NCBI RefSeq assembly: GCF_035084215.1
Contig: NW_027139559.1
Location: 5,766,001 to 5,830,000, forward strand
Length of the DNA: 64,000 nt
From: Heptranchias perlo
Lineage: Eukaryota
Reading direction: 5' to 3'
Shown here: positions 37,901 through 51,804 of the stretch, piece after piece
How positions within the stretch are numbered: the first letter of the stretch is position 1
Layout of the letters: every line of letters begins with the position of its first letter
Notes under the pieces: model-generated
What the model was told of the DNA's origin: nothing
Database searches by the model: none
Seen by the model: the letters and a program-made list of their open reading frames with translations, nothing else
Translations under genes and position numbers: made by a program

Positions 37901-40340
37901 CGTCGGTGTTAGGAAAGATAATGGAATCTTTGCTCAAAGATGTAATAGAAAAACATCGAGAAAGCGAAAATAAAATAAAGAATAGTCAGAAAGCAAAGCT
38001 ATGCTTGACCAACCTTACTGAATGCTTTGACGAAGTAACAGGAAGGTTAGAAGGTTGGATTTTCAAAAGACATTCGATAATGTAGCACATTGTAGATTCA
38101 TGACTAATGTTAGAGCATGTGGAGTCAGGGGACAGGTAGCAGAATGGATAGCAAGCTGGCTACAAAATAGAACACAGAGAGATTGGTTCAAGGGTAGCTG
38201 CTCAGAATGGGAGAATTTGGGAAGTGGCTTTTCACAGGGATCAGTGCTCGGGCCACAGTTGCTGACAATTTATATTAACAATTTGGACTGGGAATCGGGG
38301 TGTGTGGTTCATACAAACGTAGAATATGTCAGGTTGCAAGAAGACATTATTAAACTTGAAGAATGGGCGTGTCATTGGCAAATTAATTTCAATATATGTA
38401 AGTGTGAGGTGGTGCATTTTGTTTCGGAGAATAAGGAGGACACATACTGCTTGGATAATAAGAGTTAACATGGGGTAGAGGAGAAAAGGGATCTCGGGGT
38501 ATAGCTATACAAATCAGTAAAAGAGGCGACGCATGTTAATAAGGCCATAAAAAGGCAAACAAAGCAATGATTTTCATTTCTAGAGGAATAGAATTGAAAA
38601 GGAGTGACGTTTTGTTAAACTTGTATAGAATCTGGCTTTTACCACACTTGGAGTACAGTGCACAGTTGTGATTTCAATATTATAAAAAGATACAGAGGCA
38701 TTGAAGAAGGTGTAAAAAAGATTCAAAAGGATGATACCAGAACTGAGAGAATATACCTGTCGGGAAAGATTGAACAGGCTGGGGCTGTTTTTTTCTGGTA
38801 AAGAGAAGGTTCAGGGGTGACCTGATTGAGATATTTAAGATAATGAAAGGGTTTGATAGGGTAGACGTGGAGAAAATGTTTCCACTTGTGGGGGAGTCCA
38901 AAATTAGACATCATAAATATAAGGTATCCAGTGGGGAATTCAGGAGAAACTTCACTCCCCGATGAGTGGTAAGACTGTGGAATGCGCTAACATAAGGAGT
39001 ATTTGAGGTAAATAGCATCGCTGCATTTAAAGGGAGACTAAATAAATACACGAGGGAGAAAGGAATAGAAGGATATGCTGATGGGGTGAGATGAAGTGGG
39101 GAGGGAGGAGGCTCATGTGGAGCATAAATTCCGACATAGACATGTTGGGCTGAATGGCCTGTTTCTCTGCTGTATTCTCGATATAACTGGATGATTTGAG
39201 CAACCTCAGACAGTTTAGTTGATTGGGCAGGTCGATACCAGATAACACGCAACATGGAGAATATAAAGTGATAAATTTGGAGAGGAAGAATGTAAGAAAA
39301 TATTCACTAAATGGCAACACTTTCAAAGTAGAAGAAGAACAGAGAGACATAGAGCTTCAGATTGATAGATCTTTAAATGTAGGAGGCTGTGTCAGCAAGG
39401 TTAGAGAGTAATAAAGCAAGGACATAACATTAGATTTATAAATCATTTGCTTAGGCCAAAGTTGAAGATTGTGTCCAGTTTCGGTGCCTTAATTTACGTA
39501 GGATGTCAAGGCCACGGAGAGGGGGCAGAAGAGATTCACCACGATTATGCAAAGGATGAGAGGCGTTAACTATGAGAAGAACATAACAACAACAACTTGC
39601 ATTAAAATAGCTCCTTTAACGGAGTAAAACCGTCACAAGGCGCTTCACAGTAACGTTAACAATCAAAATTTCACACCGAGCCGCATAAGGGATATTGGGA
39701 CAAATGACCAAATGATTGCTCAAAGAGGTAGGTTTTAAGGAGCGTCTTAAAAAGGAGAGAGAGAATGAGAGAGGCGGAGAGGTTTAGCGAGGCAGTTCCA
39801 GAAATTAAGGCCTTGGCTGCTGAATGCACGGCCGCCAATTGTGCGGCAACGGAAATCGGGGATCGGCAAGAGGCCAGAATTCGTGGATCGCAAACATTTC
39901 GGAGGGTTGTGGGGCTGGAGAAGGTTCCAGAGAAAGCGGGGGGAGGGGCGATGCTATGGAGTGATTTGTAAACAAGGTTGAGAATTGTAGGATCGGTGGG
40001 TTGGGAACGGAGACAAACGTGGGCTCTTTTCTTGAGATCTCGAAAGTTAAGAGGCAGTAAAGTTTTAAGTGTTTTCGATAAGCTAAATTGAGAGAAACTA
40101 TTTGCCGTGGTTGATAACAGGCGGGTATAAGTTTAAATGGAGATAAACGATTTGCCGTGGTTGATAACTAGTGGGTATTAGTTTAAATGGAGAGAAACTA
40201 TTTACCGTGGGTTATAACTAGTGGGTATCAGTTTAAATGGAGAAAAACTATTTACCGTGGGTTATAACTAGTGGGTATAAGTTTAAAGGGAGAAAAACCA
40301 TTTACCGTGGTTGAAAACTAGTGGGTATAAGTTTCAGATC
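34970..40340. mobile_element. LINE block in the J-C1 intron: CR1 - (34970-36070), CR1 + (36480-39580), L2 3' end - (39590-39990), 50-bp tandem x5 (40090-40335)
   Basis: RT motifs DFQKTFD, QGSVLGP, HLEYSAQL. L2 tail matches 51400-51720. Confidence 0.82.
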
Positions 40341-41423
40341 ATCAGCCAAAGATGAATGGAGATATTAGTAGATTTATTTTTATTATGGAGAGGGCTGTTA
40401 GGACACAGAACCTCCTACCAAAAACAAAAAAACAATGCTGTTTGCAGAATCATAGTATCATTGGAGGTACAGCACAGGCCGCAGGCCATTCGGACCATTG
40501 TGCCTCTGCTCGCTCTTTGAAAGAGCTACCCAATTAGTCCCACTCACCTGCTCTTTCCCCATAGCCCTGTAAATTAGTTTTAAATAGGAAGTAGGCAAAT
40601 ATTTGAGAAACAAGGTATCGGGAAAGAAGAGGCGAATGGAACTGCGCACATCCAGCCCCTGATTATAGGTCCCTTCAGGTGAATAGATATAAAATCACAA
40701 GCCAAGCCAGGAATGTACAATTTCCCCATGTGCACTCCCGCCTTGCGGCCTGGGCGGGCCCAGCGGAGTTTCTACTGCTAAGCGGATAGCTCTTACACAG
40801 AGCCCGCAGTGTCGCGATGGGCCGAAAGAATCCTTCTGTGCTGTAAAATATTTTAATTCGATCCCTCCCTCACCTAACATTACCAAAACCATTGCTGTCT
40901 CTGACCTCTGATGTTACAAACTCGTTGCTGCAATCGTCTAGAAATCCAAACAACTCCTTCCTTAAGAAACGCCGGTTGCAAAATATTCCTCGGTAAAGTG
41001 ACGACATGAAACTGCTCCATCCCCAGGAAAATTAAAGCATGTTACTGGTAACAATAATCGATGTACATTTAATATCTGACTGTCACTACACACCACTGCA
41101 CAGTATCGATATTTTTTCGCATAGCACATTGATCATTATTCACTCCGAAATTAACAAGTGATAAGAACATTATTTGAATGTTCGTTCATGACCGGAACTC
41201 ATTTATCCCAACACGCCCACTGTAATATCAGCACATTTAAACCCAGCTTCAATGCATCCATGTGTGTTAAATTTGGCGGTGTCCGTGGCTGCGAGAAACG
41301 TGATATTGACTAGATAATCTGTTTTCGGTGTTGGTTGGGGAATAAGTATTGACCAGGACTCGATATAAACGGTTTAATTGTCATTATAGAAGCGAGTAAG
41401 ACTTTCTTTTTTAATTTTCTCAG

Positions 41424-41741
41424 TAAAACGTACTCCACCGATCATCAGTCTCCTCTACTCTGCAAGTGACGAACTGACAGCAAAAGGTTTTGTGCATCTG
41501 GTTTGCCTCATCAGCGAATATCAGCCAGAAAGCATTGCAGTGAGCTGGCAGAAGAACGGAAACGCTGTAAAATCGGGCTTTACAACCACATCCCCAGTTA
41601 AAAATTTGAATGGAGATTTCAGCTCCAGGAGCATCCTTAAAGTCACCCTGCAGGAATGGAACAGCGGGTCTCTTTACAGCTGCCAAGTGTCCCATTCTGC
41701 ATCCAACAGTAACCAGCGGAAAGACATTAGAAAAACATCAG
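41424..41741 (+). CDS. IgNAR: IgNAR C1 exon (VKRTPPIISLLYSAS...LVCLISEYQPESIAVSW...YSCQVSHSASNSNQRKDIRKTS)
   Basis: Polypyrimidine-CAG acceptor at 41423 and GTGAGA donor at 41742. C1-set Ig motifs. Confidence 0.95.
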
Positions 41742-42487
41742 GTGAGAAAATGCAACCAATTCACAAGCTTGCACAGGTGAAACATGTTGACTTTCTTTCT
41801 CAGTATTGGATTAGTTGGGATGTTATTGTGATAATTTATCTGTGCCAGTTTATGGTGCAGTGAGACAGTAAAGATCATTGGGGATGTTTCAGCAGCAATG
41901 GCTGAGGTTCCTGAAGGTGCTCGCTGCCGGGCGGATGTTGCAAAAGGCATGACTATGAGATCTTGACAAATACATGAATATTATTCTATGGTCAGGGTAA
42001 CACATTGATCAGCTCTTTCATGATATTACAAGCAATTTACAAATAATTGTGATACACACTATTTAATTAATTCACCAGATCAATCCAGGTGAAACAGAAA
42101 GGAAACAGAACAGAAATGTATGTTTTACACACAAGGGATCAAACTTTAACAATGCGGTTCTGTTACTTTTTACATTTGTGAGGATTTATTGTGTGTGATA
42201 CTGGGTATCAGTACAAAAATGTGTTTAAAAAAATGAAACGGGTGAGAGACGGACGGAGATAGAAACGAGAAAGGCAGAGAGAGAGATGGACAGAGAGGGG
42301 GTGCTGTATAAAGATTGAACCTACAGATACGGACACAAAACCAACAATGAGCTGTTCTTCCTTTCAAAGATTTTGTTTAAACGATACGGGTAAGGGCCGG
42401 GGAATACGACTAAGTGGATAGCACATTCAGAGAGCCAGAAGACACGATGAACCGAATGGCCTTCTGAGCTGTCGAATTCATTCAATC

Positions 42488-42912
42488 TTTCTCTCTTTCT
42501 TTGTCTCCCTCTCTCTCTCTCTCTCTCTGTCTGTCTGTCTCTCTCTGTGCCTCTCTCTCTCTGTTTGTATCTCTCTCTCCCTCTGGTGTCTCCCTATATC
42601 TGTCTCTCTCTATTTGTCACTCTCTGTCTCTCTCTGTTCCTTTCTCTCTCTCTCTGTCCCCCTTTCTCCGTCTTTCTCTGTCTTTTTCTCTGTCCCTATT
42701 TCTCTTTCTATATATATATATATATATTTCTCTCCCACCCTGTCTCTCTGTAACTGTCGTCCTGTCTCTCAGTTTTTCTTTTTCCCTGTCCTACTCTCTC
42801 TCTGATTCTCTCCATCAGTCCCTTTCTCTGCCTCTCTCCCTATCTGTCTGTCACGCTCTGTCTCTCTATGTCCCTCTCTCGCTCTATGTCTTTGTTTCTC
42901 TCTCTCTCTCTT
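42488..42912. repeat. (CT)n/(CTGT)n polypyrimidine microsatellite with (TA)n
   Basis: Low-complexity tract in the C1-C2 intron. Confidence 0.95.
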
Positions 42913-43123
42913 AGCTTCGTTGAGTTGTACATAGTTTTGATTCGACTCAACATACGCGCAAACACCAAATTATTTTTAAAAATTCAATAATAATCAGTGA
43001 GAGACATATTCACATCATACCGTGTTATGGATTATCAATGAAATTGAAATCCTTGATAAATTTCCGAAACCATCAACACTAAATCATCGCCCCGATTCTG
43101 AATCTCTCGTTTCTCACTGACAG

Positions 43124-43426
43124 AGCTCACGGTATTTCTCAGAGATCCTTCCGTTGTCGAAGTTTGGATCAATAAAACTGCCACCCTGGTGTGTGAAGTG
43201 GTCTCTCCGGTTCCCACTGAGGTTACCATCTCTTGGACAGTGGGTGGAAAGATAAGGAATGAAGGAGTTCAAATTGAACCAGCTAAAAAGGATGGAAACC
43301 AGTACCTGACAATCAGCCACTTGACCAGCAGCGTGGCAGAGTGGGATAGCGGGGTTGAATACTCGTGTTCTGCACAACAGGGTCAATCATCTCCTCCGGT
43401 ATTAAAACGAATCGGAAAGATAAGAG
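43124..43426 (+). CDS. IgNAR: IgNAR C2 exon (ELTVFLRDPSVVEVWINKTATLVCEV...YSCSAQQGQSSPPVLKRIGKIR)
   Basis: CAG acceptor at 43123 and GTGGGT donor at 43427, phase 1/1. Confidence 0.95.
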
Positions 43427-43502
43427 GTGGGTAAAATATCTATAGACATGTTTTCGGATAGCAATGGATGGAACACTAACACTTATTGAACTTCCGTTAC
43501 AG

Positions 43503-43820
43503 TCGAGCCAATGAAGCCAAAGCTCCGCCTCCTTCCTCCATCACCAGAGGAGAGTCAAAGTAGGAGCGCCCCGACTCTCACATGTCTGATAACAGGATTC
43601 TACCCTGACAACATAATCGTTTCCTGGGAGAAGGACGGAGCTGCTTTAAGCGCGAACGTTACCAGTTTCCCCAGTGCTCTTGAACAGGACCTAACCTTCA
43701 GCACAAGGAGCAACCTCATTTTGCCTTCAGAGGAATGGAAGAAAGGATCAAGATACACCTGTATCGCCTCACATCCCCCTTCACAATCCGACGTGAAGGC
43801 GACCATCCGCAATCTGAAAG
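43503..43820 (+). CDS. IgNAR: IgNAR C3 exon (VEPMKPKLRLLPPSPEE...TCLITGFYPDNIIVSW...YTCIASHPPSQSDVKATIRNLK)
   Basis: Follows a 76-bp intron after C2. CAG acceptor at 43502 and GTACGG donor at 43821. Confidence 0.95.
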
Positions 43821-46800
43821 GTACGGACAGTTTTTCAAAATACTTTCACACAATAATGATTTTTACTTAAATCGAAGTCCAAACCCGAACCACACACGCA
43901 CTAGCGATCACATCCCTCTAGGTTACAGATATAACAACATTTATGGCTATCAATTAATGCGCCTTTAATTCACAGGCAGCAATTGGATGATAAAATGATC
44001 AGCACTCTGAATGTGTTCGCCGCCACAAGCTATGTGAGGACCCAATAGTAAGAAGGGGCAGGATAAGGATCTATTTAACCTCACTGCACGGTACCCTGGT
44101 GATTGTGGGCTTTCATTAAACAACAATATGCAGTATCTGAAGACACTAAATCCACTTTTCACCGGGCAGAGTGTTCCATACTATGTGGGGAGAAGACTTT
44201 GAGTGGTGTTTACTTCACTCTGCACTGCCTGGTTTAGGTTTAGCTGGACACTGAGTGGTTGCCAGCAGCGAAATTCAAGACAAAAAAAACAGCCATTTCA
44301 CAGGGCACCCAACCAATTGATGTGAGGAACATTGTACATTTCAAGTGTTCAAATCTTCTGAACCGCCAGCGCTATACGTTAGAGGAGGAGACAAATAACG
44401 TGTTAACTGACTGAACCCAATGATGTGACCTTTTGTTTTGATGAGTGTAAACTCCGCTCGTGTGATTAGTTTGTTTCATCTCTAATTGTTTTTGTTCAAT
44501 CAAATTGACGCATTTGCACAATAACTGGCCCAGCACCACCGTGCTCGGGATGGGGAAACTTTTAAACTTCTCTAAATCTTTGTTTGGATCCCCGATTACT
44601 GCTGAGTTCGTTGATCTCACCTGGTGGCGTTCGGGACCTTCTAATCAGACTTAGTGTCCATCGATTTGTGAAGTGGCAATAGCGCATTGTTCTGCTCCTT
44701 GTCTATGGTAAGTGCGTGTATGGTCACTCTGGGAACAACAAGATAGGAGTTGCCTGCGATGCCCTCACTGTACAATGGCCTACTGATACTGCATAGGAGG
44801 ACTCAGGAAGTATAGACCATTGGATGAGGTACCGGAGGGCAACCTATAGTTCTCATACACCAGTGAGGAAAAGAGGGGATATAATAGCAAACACTGTTAT
44901 TAGACTCAAACTCGGGCTCCTCCGATTGGTAAGCAGCTGTACACTATAATGGCCCTGTACACTAAGAAGTTCCTGTGTTTTACCTCCCGATCTTCACTGA
45001 GTTAACTGATCTCAACTGGTAGATTTTTGGAAGTTACAGTGGACTACGCACATCCGGGTTACTGTGCATACACCCGTTCTTGTTTCTTCCTCCAATTGGG
45101 GGAGAACTAGTTGAAGTCGGGGTGTTCACACCTCTGCTGACGGCAGGATTGGACTGGGCTCTGTTGCTTCCACCGTAGAGTAGGCTGTTGAATCACACTC
45201 TTTCTGCTGATTCACGAAGAATGGCCACTTGAGAGATACTCAAGGTGACCTTCCTCTGTGAAGCCTGTACCGGATTAGCAATAAAACACCGACATTTATT
45301 TCCCACCTTTAAGCGCCTCATACCGTTTCACAGAGTTTTAAGGAAAACAATCACCAATAAGGGGAGATTATGAGGTGTGACCAAAATCTTGTTGGGTTTG
45401 GAGGAAGGTCTGAAAGTGGGAGTAGGAGGAGAAAAGGCGGAGAGGATTAGGGAGGAAAGTTCAGCACGGGACCTGGGACCTAATCAAGGTATCACCACCT
45501 TCCGTATGTATGAAAATAGTCTTGTCCGTTTTGTTATTTCTAGTCCTATTCCCGGATCATTAGATTTCCACAGAATGTTCAGCGGCCTGAAGTTCACCCA
45601 ACACCTACACGGTTTATTTCAGCAACTCAGGTGAATGAGAGTCAGAGTAAAATAACATCGTTACAACTACAATCACCACACTTGTTGCTGCTATAAGAAC
45701 TTCTGTACGTTTTCACTCAATCTTTGGCTCCCTCAGATATCAAGGTTAATCCCTGAATTATGCCTTTTGGTTGTCGCTCAATTCTGACCACTCCAAAAAC
45801 AGTCTTTGACAAATGCGAAAATGTCACTTGACTTTTCCGTGATTTATTACATGAAGCAGCAGCGGATCGACGCTACAATGTTGTGGAGAAGTACAAATAA
45901 TTATCCTCCTGGAAAGCCGGCACCATTAACCTATGGTATCAAGGCCATTTTCCAGCGGTTGCCCAATTTATTATCAGGTCGTTGATAATTCGTGCTCTGC
46001 ACAGACCCAGAAAGTTGATATTTAATGATGTGTCTTCTGAAAATCGAAGTGCATTTAGGTGTCTACTCAAATAGCCCAGTGCCGGCATAAAACCTAACGT
46101 TGACTTCCCAGAACAATAGTTTGTACCAATTTCACTCCACTGTCACGGTGATTGTTAGACGATCATTAATAATATCCTGTAAAACGTACCTCAGACTTTT
46201 CCTCCAGATCTGCTGCTCCATAAACTGTTACATGATTCTCCCTGTTTGGGTTTGGTTCTAATTTTCCAATGTGGCATCGTACTGCCCTCAGGTGCAAGCC
46301 ATGCATTAACAGACTTTTAAACTACCTGGAGGAGTCTGGGGTGCTTTCTTACTTCGTTCGTTGGGAATCCAGGAATATATCCCAATTAGTACAGTTAAAA
46401 TTAAAACTAAACTGAGCATGCTGTAAATCAGAAATTAGAATAGTAATTGCGAGAAAAACAGAGCAGGCCCGTCAGAATCTGTAAAGATAGATAGTGTTGT
46501 AAGATCCTGACTGAGAACTGAAACCCACTCTCTGGAACTGTCTGACCTCCTCAGCCCCACGCTATCCTTTCTGTGTAGAGATGCCGCAGAGCTACTGATT
46601 TTTGCAGCATTTTCTGTTGTTATTAACGATATTATCCCGGCGGGTCTGCTCATCCAATGTGAATCAAAGGCTTCGACTTCCTTTGCAGCACACACTTTAT
46701 TCTCCCCTGAGTATATTACAGATCCCAGGTCAATCTTCCCCGAAACTAAAGTCGCCCATTGTCTTCATTTTAGAAGACTGAGGTAAAGATCTCATTGCTG

Positions 46801-48227
46801 CAATCACAGCATTTCCTTCAGGTGAAATTTCTGCTGCTCGTTCCTTCCAAATACCTTTGTGTTGTAACTCAGTTTCCTGCTTGAACTTGTGGAGATGATT
46901 CATCTTGATATAACCAATCATCTGTTTTCTTCTTGCCCTCCTATCATTTCGTTTTACTGCTAAAGGATGGTCATTTTTGGAAATGATGAAATCGCCAAAC
47001 CCCTTCAGATAAGAGTGACCTTGGAACACACACTGTGAAATAAACCACACTCATTTTATGGAAGGATGATAATCTAATGTGTTTAAATCAGAGATCACTG
47101 TAGACAAGTATATGGTCATATCTGAGAAGCTGGAAGGAGAGAGAATGGAAGTGATTACAATCAGTCTGGAAACAGGTTTTATAACACTCCCCTCTGGAGC
47201 ATTGGCATCATTGAGAGAAACGGAGCAATTTTAGTGTAAGGTTAAAAAACAAAGTTTTAATATTGGACACCCGCACAGTGGACCAAAGTGACGTGCCCAT
47301 TGGCAATGGGCCCGTCACTTTGGTCCACTGTGGGGGTGTTGGATCGTTCAGAGTTGACATCCCAGTTGAATATAATGAAGGCGGCGTTTATAATTTTCAG
47401 AGTAATACATTAAGCTTTCAACGAGAACGCGGTGTGAGGATTCTTTGAGATTGTATCTCATGTATAAAGTAACGATCTCGACGGTCAGAGTGACTCTTTC
47501 ACTTTAAAACTGGAGGAGTGTTTTCCCACTTTCTGGTAGTATTTCCGTTCCTGCTCTCAAGGTATAGATATCGAGCAAGTGTGGACAAGGTATATCATCG
47601 ACAGGTCATGGACTTCCTCACTTTACACTCTTCAAACAATGCGTCTTAAAGCTCAACCTTCCAAAAGCGCTCTTTCCTCGGCCTGAGTGGCAGTTTGTAT
47701 TTCTCGACACTGTCTACCTTCTCGAAGTGAAAGAGCTAAATCGGTGCCAATCTGCAGGTTGGTGCTGAGGGCACGTTTGCTTTCGCCGTTGATTTGATTG
47801 GTCGGACCGAGGCAATGTCATTTCAGACCCAAGCTTTAGGACTGGAAAATATAGGACCTTTACATGAGGTTTATTGGAACCCACCACATACAGGCCACAG
47901 GGCAGCGTTTGACATCCAGCATCAGTCAGTCTGATTGGTGAAGGTTTGTATCACCAGAGCGGGCAAAATGAGGTCCCCATTTAAAACCAGTCAGTTCTCG
48001 AATAGTGGAATGGTCGGATATATTGTGGAGGACATCATCCAAATAAGCCAGAGGGAAGAAAGCAACGAGCCCAGATGGGCTCTGTCCTAATAGCTCAGCA
48101 GAAATAAGCTGAGAAAACTCATAACAGCCGACAGTAAGTATAATTTAATTTTTTGAGTATGTTGCAGTCGTTATTACCCGTGGTTTCAACATGACACTTT
48201 GAAATGACCATTCCCTCTTCTTTCCAG

Positions 48228-48548
48228 GTGTATGTCATGAGACAGACATTTCTGTCATCATACTGAACCCTTCTTTTGAAGAGATTTGGACCAAACGAAC
48301 AGCGACCATTGTTTGTGAAGTCGTTTATAGCGATTTAGAAAACGTCAGCGTGTCCTGGCAAGTGGATGGGAGTCGGAGAACGGAAGGAGTGGAGACTCAG
48401 GTTCCTGAGTGGAATGGAAGTAAATCCACAATCGTTAGTAAACTGAAAGTCACCACGACAGAATGGGGCAGTGGGGTTGAATATTTGTGCTTCGTGGAAG
48501 ACATTGAATTGCCAACACCAGTGAAAATCTCCACCAGAAAAGTAAAGG
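48228..48548 (+). CDS. IgNAR: IgNAR C4 exon (GVCHETDISVIILNPSFEEIWTKRTATIVCEVVYSDLENVSVSW...YLCFVEDIELPTPVKISTRKVK)
   Basis: TTTCCAG acceptor at 48227 and GTAAGC donor at 48549. Has an extra N-terminal Cys (probable interchain disulfide) as recalled for IgNAR C4. Confidence 0.95.
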
Positions 48549-48624
48549 GTAAGCACAGATAATATTCGTTCTGAGACTGACCCTACTCCATCAATGGTCG
48601 TCAAAGATCATTCATTTTCTACAT

Positions 48625-49325
48625 TAAGGATAGTGATAGACTTCAAGATGATATCGACAGGCTGGTGGAATGGACGGACACATCGCAGATGAAATTCAAC
48701 GCAGAAAAGTGTGAATTGATACCTTTAGGAAGGAAGAACGAGAAGAGGCAATATAAACTAAAGGGTACATTTCTGAAAGGGGAGCAGGAACAGAAAGACC
48801 TGGGGGTATATGTGCCTAAACCGTTGAAGGTGGCAGGGCAGGTTGAGAAAGCGATTAAGAAAGCTTAGGGGAACCTGGGCTTTATAAATAGAGGCAGAGA
48901 GTGCAAAAGCAAGGTGGTTATGATGAATCTTTATAAAACAGTGGTTCGATTACAACTGGAGTATTATGACCAGTTCTGGGCACCGCGCTGTTGGGAGGAT
49001 GTGAATGCCTTGGGGAGAGTGCAGAAGAGATTTAATGGAATGGTTCCAGGGATGAAGGACTTCGGTACGTGGTTAGACTGGAGAAGATGGGGCTGTTTTC
49101 CTTAGAACAGAGAAGTTTACAAGAACATTTGATCGAGGTATTCAAAATCATGAAGGATCGAAACTGTGTAGACAGAGAGAGACTGCTCCCATTGGATGAA
49201 GGGTCAAGAAACAGAGGGCATAATTTTGCAGGGATACGGGAATCGGGCAGGGGAGTGGGGCGAGCTGGATTGCTCTTGCAGAGAAACGGCACGTACTCGA
49301 CGGGCCGTAACAATTCTATGATATC
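48625..49325 (+). mobile_element. CR1 3' fragment in the C4-C5 intron
   Basis: WTDTSQMKFNAEKC, NLYKTVVRLQLEY, LEKMGLFSLEQR. Confidence 0.88.
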
Positions 49326-49675
49326 ATGAAATGCTCTTATAATCAGTGAAACATAGTCCGGGATCCTGCCATTCACCCCACGGGTAAAGAATAGCGAGAA
49401 AAATGTAAGCGGTTTGAAACTGTTGCGTCACAACAGTATCATCGTTATCCAAATATGGGATTGACCCCAACTCTTAGCAAAATAACATCAGGCCACAATG
49501 AAAACTCCCAAAAGAAAGAACATTAAAGAAATCCATGGCCCCGCAGAGAAATGTGTAAACTCTCTCAGATAACAATTCCAATTGTCCAAAGACGCAAATT
49601 ACCAGCAGACGGGAATGGGAAGTGAAGGACGGACAAGAGACAGACTCAGTTTAACAAATATTGTTCTCTTTCCAG

Positions 49676-50058
49676 TTGACGGAATGTATCCTCCTAAAGT
49701 CTACGTCCTGCCTCCATCAGCGGTCGAGATTGACACTGAGAAGACGGCAACCCTGGTGTGTTTAGCAACCGGTTTTTACCCTGCCGAGATTTACGTCGCG
49801 TGGATGGCCAATGACACCCTTTTGGATTCAGGTTACACCACCCAACCGGACACGGAGAAGAAAAGTGGTTCCAGCTCCATTGTCAGCAGACTGAGAGTCA
49901 CCGCAGCGGAGTGGAACGGCGGGACCACTTACTCCTGTTTAGTGGGACACCCGTCTCTCACAATGAATTTACACAGAAGTATAAATAAATCTTACGGTAA
50001 ACCTACTTTAGTTAATGTTTCACTCGTTCTAACCGACAGTTTTCAATCGTGTACATAA
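49676..50058 (+). CDS. IgNAR: IgNAR C5 exon plus secretory tail (GKPTLVNVSLVLTDSFQSCT*)
   Basis: TTTCCAG acceptor at 49675. Internal donor G|GTAAAC after 49996 for the membrane form. Tail has an N-V-S glycan site and penultimate Cys. TAA ends at 50058. Confidence 0.95.
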
Positions 50059-50343
50059 CCCCCCGTGGTTCAATAGCTGTTTTCTATAGAAGTGTTAGAC
50101 CTGTTATGTTCGGGCATCTGAGTCAGCCTCCAGATCAGCTAACGATTGTTTAGATATTTCGCAAATCTATGAGACTATATCAGTGAATGAAGGATAATTA
50201 CGGTTATAATCCGATAATGGTGAATAACCTTAATACCGCTTGATACAAGTTGCAATATTTTTGAAGATTCTTTGAAGGGTTCAGTGACGTTATTGGATAA
50301 ACAGGAAATGATGCTTTAGACTGTATGTGGCTCCGCAAATCGC

Positions 50344-50349
50344 AATAAA
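50344..50349 (+). terminator. Polyadenylation signal for secretory mRNA (alternative AATAAA at 50582-50587)
   Basis: AATAAA ~290 bp after the secretory stop, followed by GT-rich sequence. Confidence 0.6.
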
Positions 50350-50689
50350 TGCAGAATGAAAACCTCCTGACTTCCCGATTCGTTGTTTGTGTGCGTGTTA
50401 TCTTGGTGATGATGGTTTAAACCTTGATCCAGAAATCTATGGTGTCCATTGTCTAATATTCCACCTGTGCAACACGTTTCAATTCCCCATTTTTTTACAA
50501 ACACTCGTGATGCTTTTAATCAGATTACATTCATTCTCTGGTTTAAATTGACCCATGAGTTATCGACCTGTGAACGGAATTAATAAAGGTCGACTAACAT
50601 CCGGTCACCCTTTCGAATGACAATTATTGACCAAGGCTGTTGATTGCCTGGTTCGATTCTTATCCATCCAGTCGTTGCTTGGGCATCTC

Positions 50690-51730
50690 CCGCAATGACT
50701 TCTTTTCCCGCTCCCACACCGTTACCTCTGGAGTCCCCCCACCGATCTATATTTGGATCCTCCTATTTCTCATCTTCGTGCTGCCCGTTGGCTACGTCAT
50801 CTGAAAACAAAATGTCAGATTCTGCATGTATGCTGCCGACACCCAATTGTAACCCACTAGCACCACTCTCGATCCCTCCACTCTCTCTGATTTGTCACAC
50901 TGCTTATCCGACATCCAGTATTAGATGAGCAGACATTTCCTCAAATTAAATATTGCGAAGACCAAAGCCATTATCTTTGGTCCCCACCACCAACTCTGTT
51001 CCCTCGTCACCGACTCCATCTCTCCACCTGCCCACTGTCTGAGGCTGAATCCCACTGTTCGCAGCCTCAAGTTCCTTATTGACCCTGAGCTGAGTTTCTG
51101 ACCCCAGATACTCTCCATCACCATGACCGTCTACTTCCACCTCCAGAACGTCGCCCGTCTCTGCGGCTGCCTCAACCCATCTGCTGCTGAAACTCTCATC
51201 CATGCATTTGTTACCTCCAGACTTGACTATTCCAATGGTATCCCGGCCAGCCTCCCAGCTTCTATCCTCCGTAAACTTGACTCTGCTGTCCGTATTCTAA
51301 CTCACAACAATTTCAGTTCATCCATCACCCCTGTGTTCGGTGAGCTAAATTGGCTCCCGGTCTGGCAATTCCTCATTTTTAAAATTCTCATCCTCTTGTC
51401 CAAATCCCTCCATAGCCCTCGTCCCCTCTCTATCTCTGTAACCTCCTCCAGCCCTACAACGCTCCGAGATCTCTGCGTTCCTCCAGTTCTGGCCTCTTGT
51501 CCATCCCTGGTTTTCATCTCTCCACTTCTGGCGGCCGTGCCTTCAACTGCCTTGGCTCTAACCTCTGAAATTCTCTCCATCAACCTCATGCTACTCTCCA
51601 ACCTCTTTACCAAAGCATTTGGTCATCTGTCCTAATATCTCCTTATGTGGCTCGGTATCAAATATTGTCTGTGAAGCGCCTTGGGACGTTTTACTACGTT
51701 AAAGGCGCTGTGTAAATGAAAGTATTATTG
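50690..51730 (+). mobile_element. L2 LINE 3' part
   Basis: AAETLIHAFVTSRLDYSN..LNWLPV..FKIL motif and L2 tail GTGAAGCGCCTTGGGACGTTTTACTACGTTAAAGGCGC. Confidence 0.88.
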
Positions 51731-51804
51731 TTCTTATGTTGAGCTATCAATCCATGCCATTGTAAAAGGTTTCATTGAGTTTGGAACTATCCTCTTATCA
51801 GTTT

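Noticed and set aside
41742-41863. Hydrophobic read-through after C1 (WISWDVIVIIYLCQFMVQ) as an alternative TM
   Set aside because: Follows a good splice donor, is short, and lacks the Ig TM CART motif; likely an intronic chance ORF.
42501-42914. 137-aa Ser/Leu-rich ORF
   Set aside because: Translation of a (CT)n microsatellite.
43821-43870. C3 read-through GTDSFSKYF.. resembling part of the secretory tail (TDSF)
   Set aside because: Only 4 residues match, with no glycan site or penultimate Cys; no support without cDNA.
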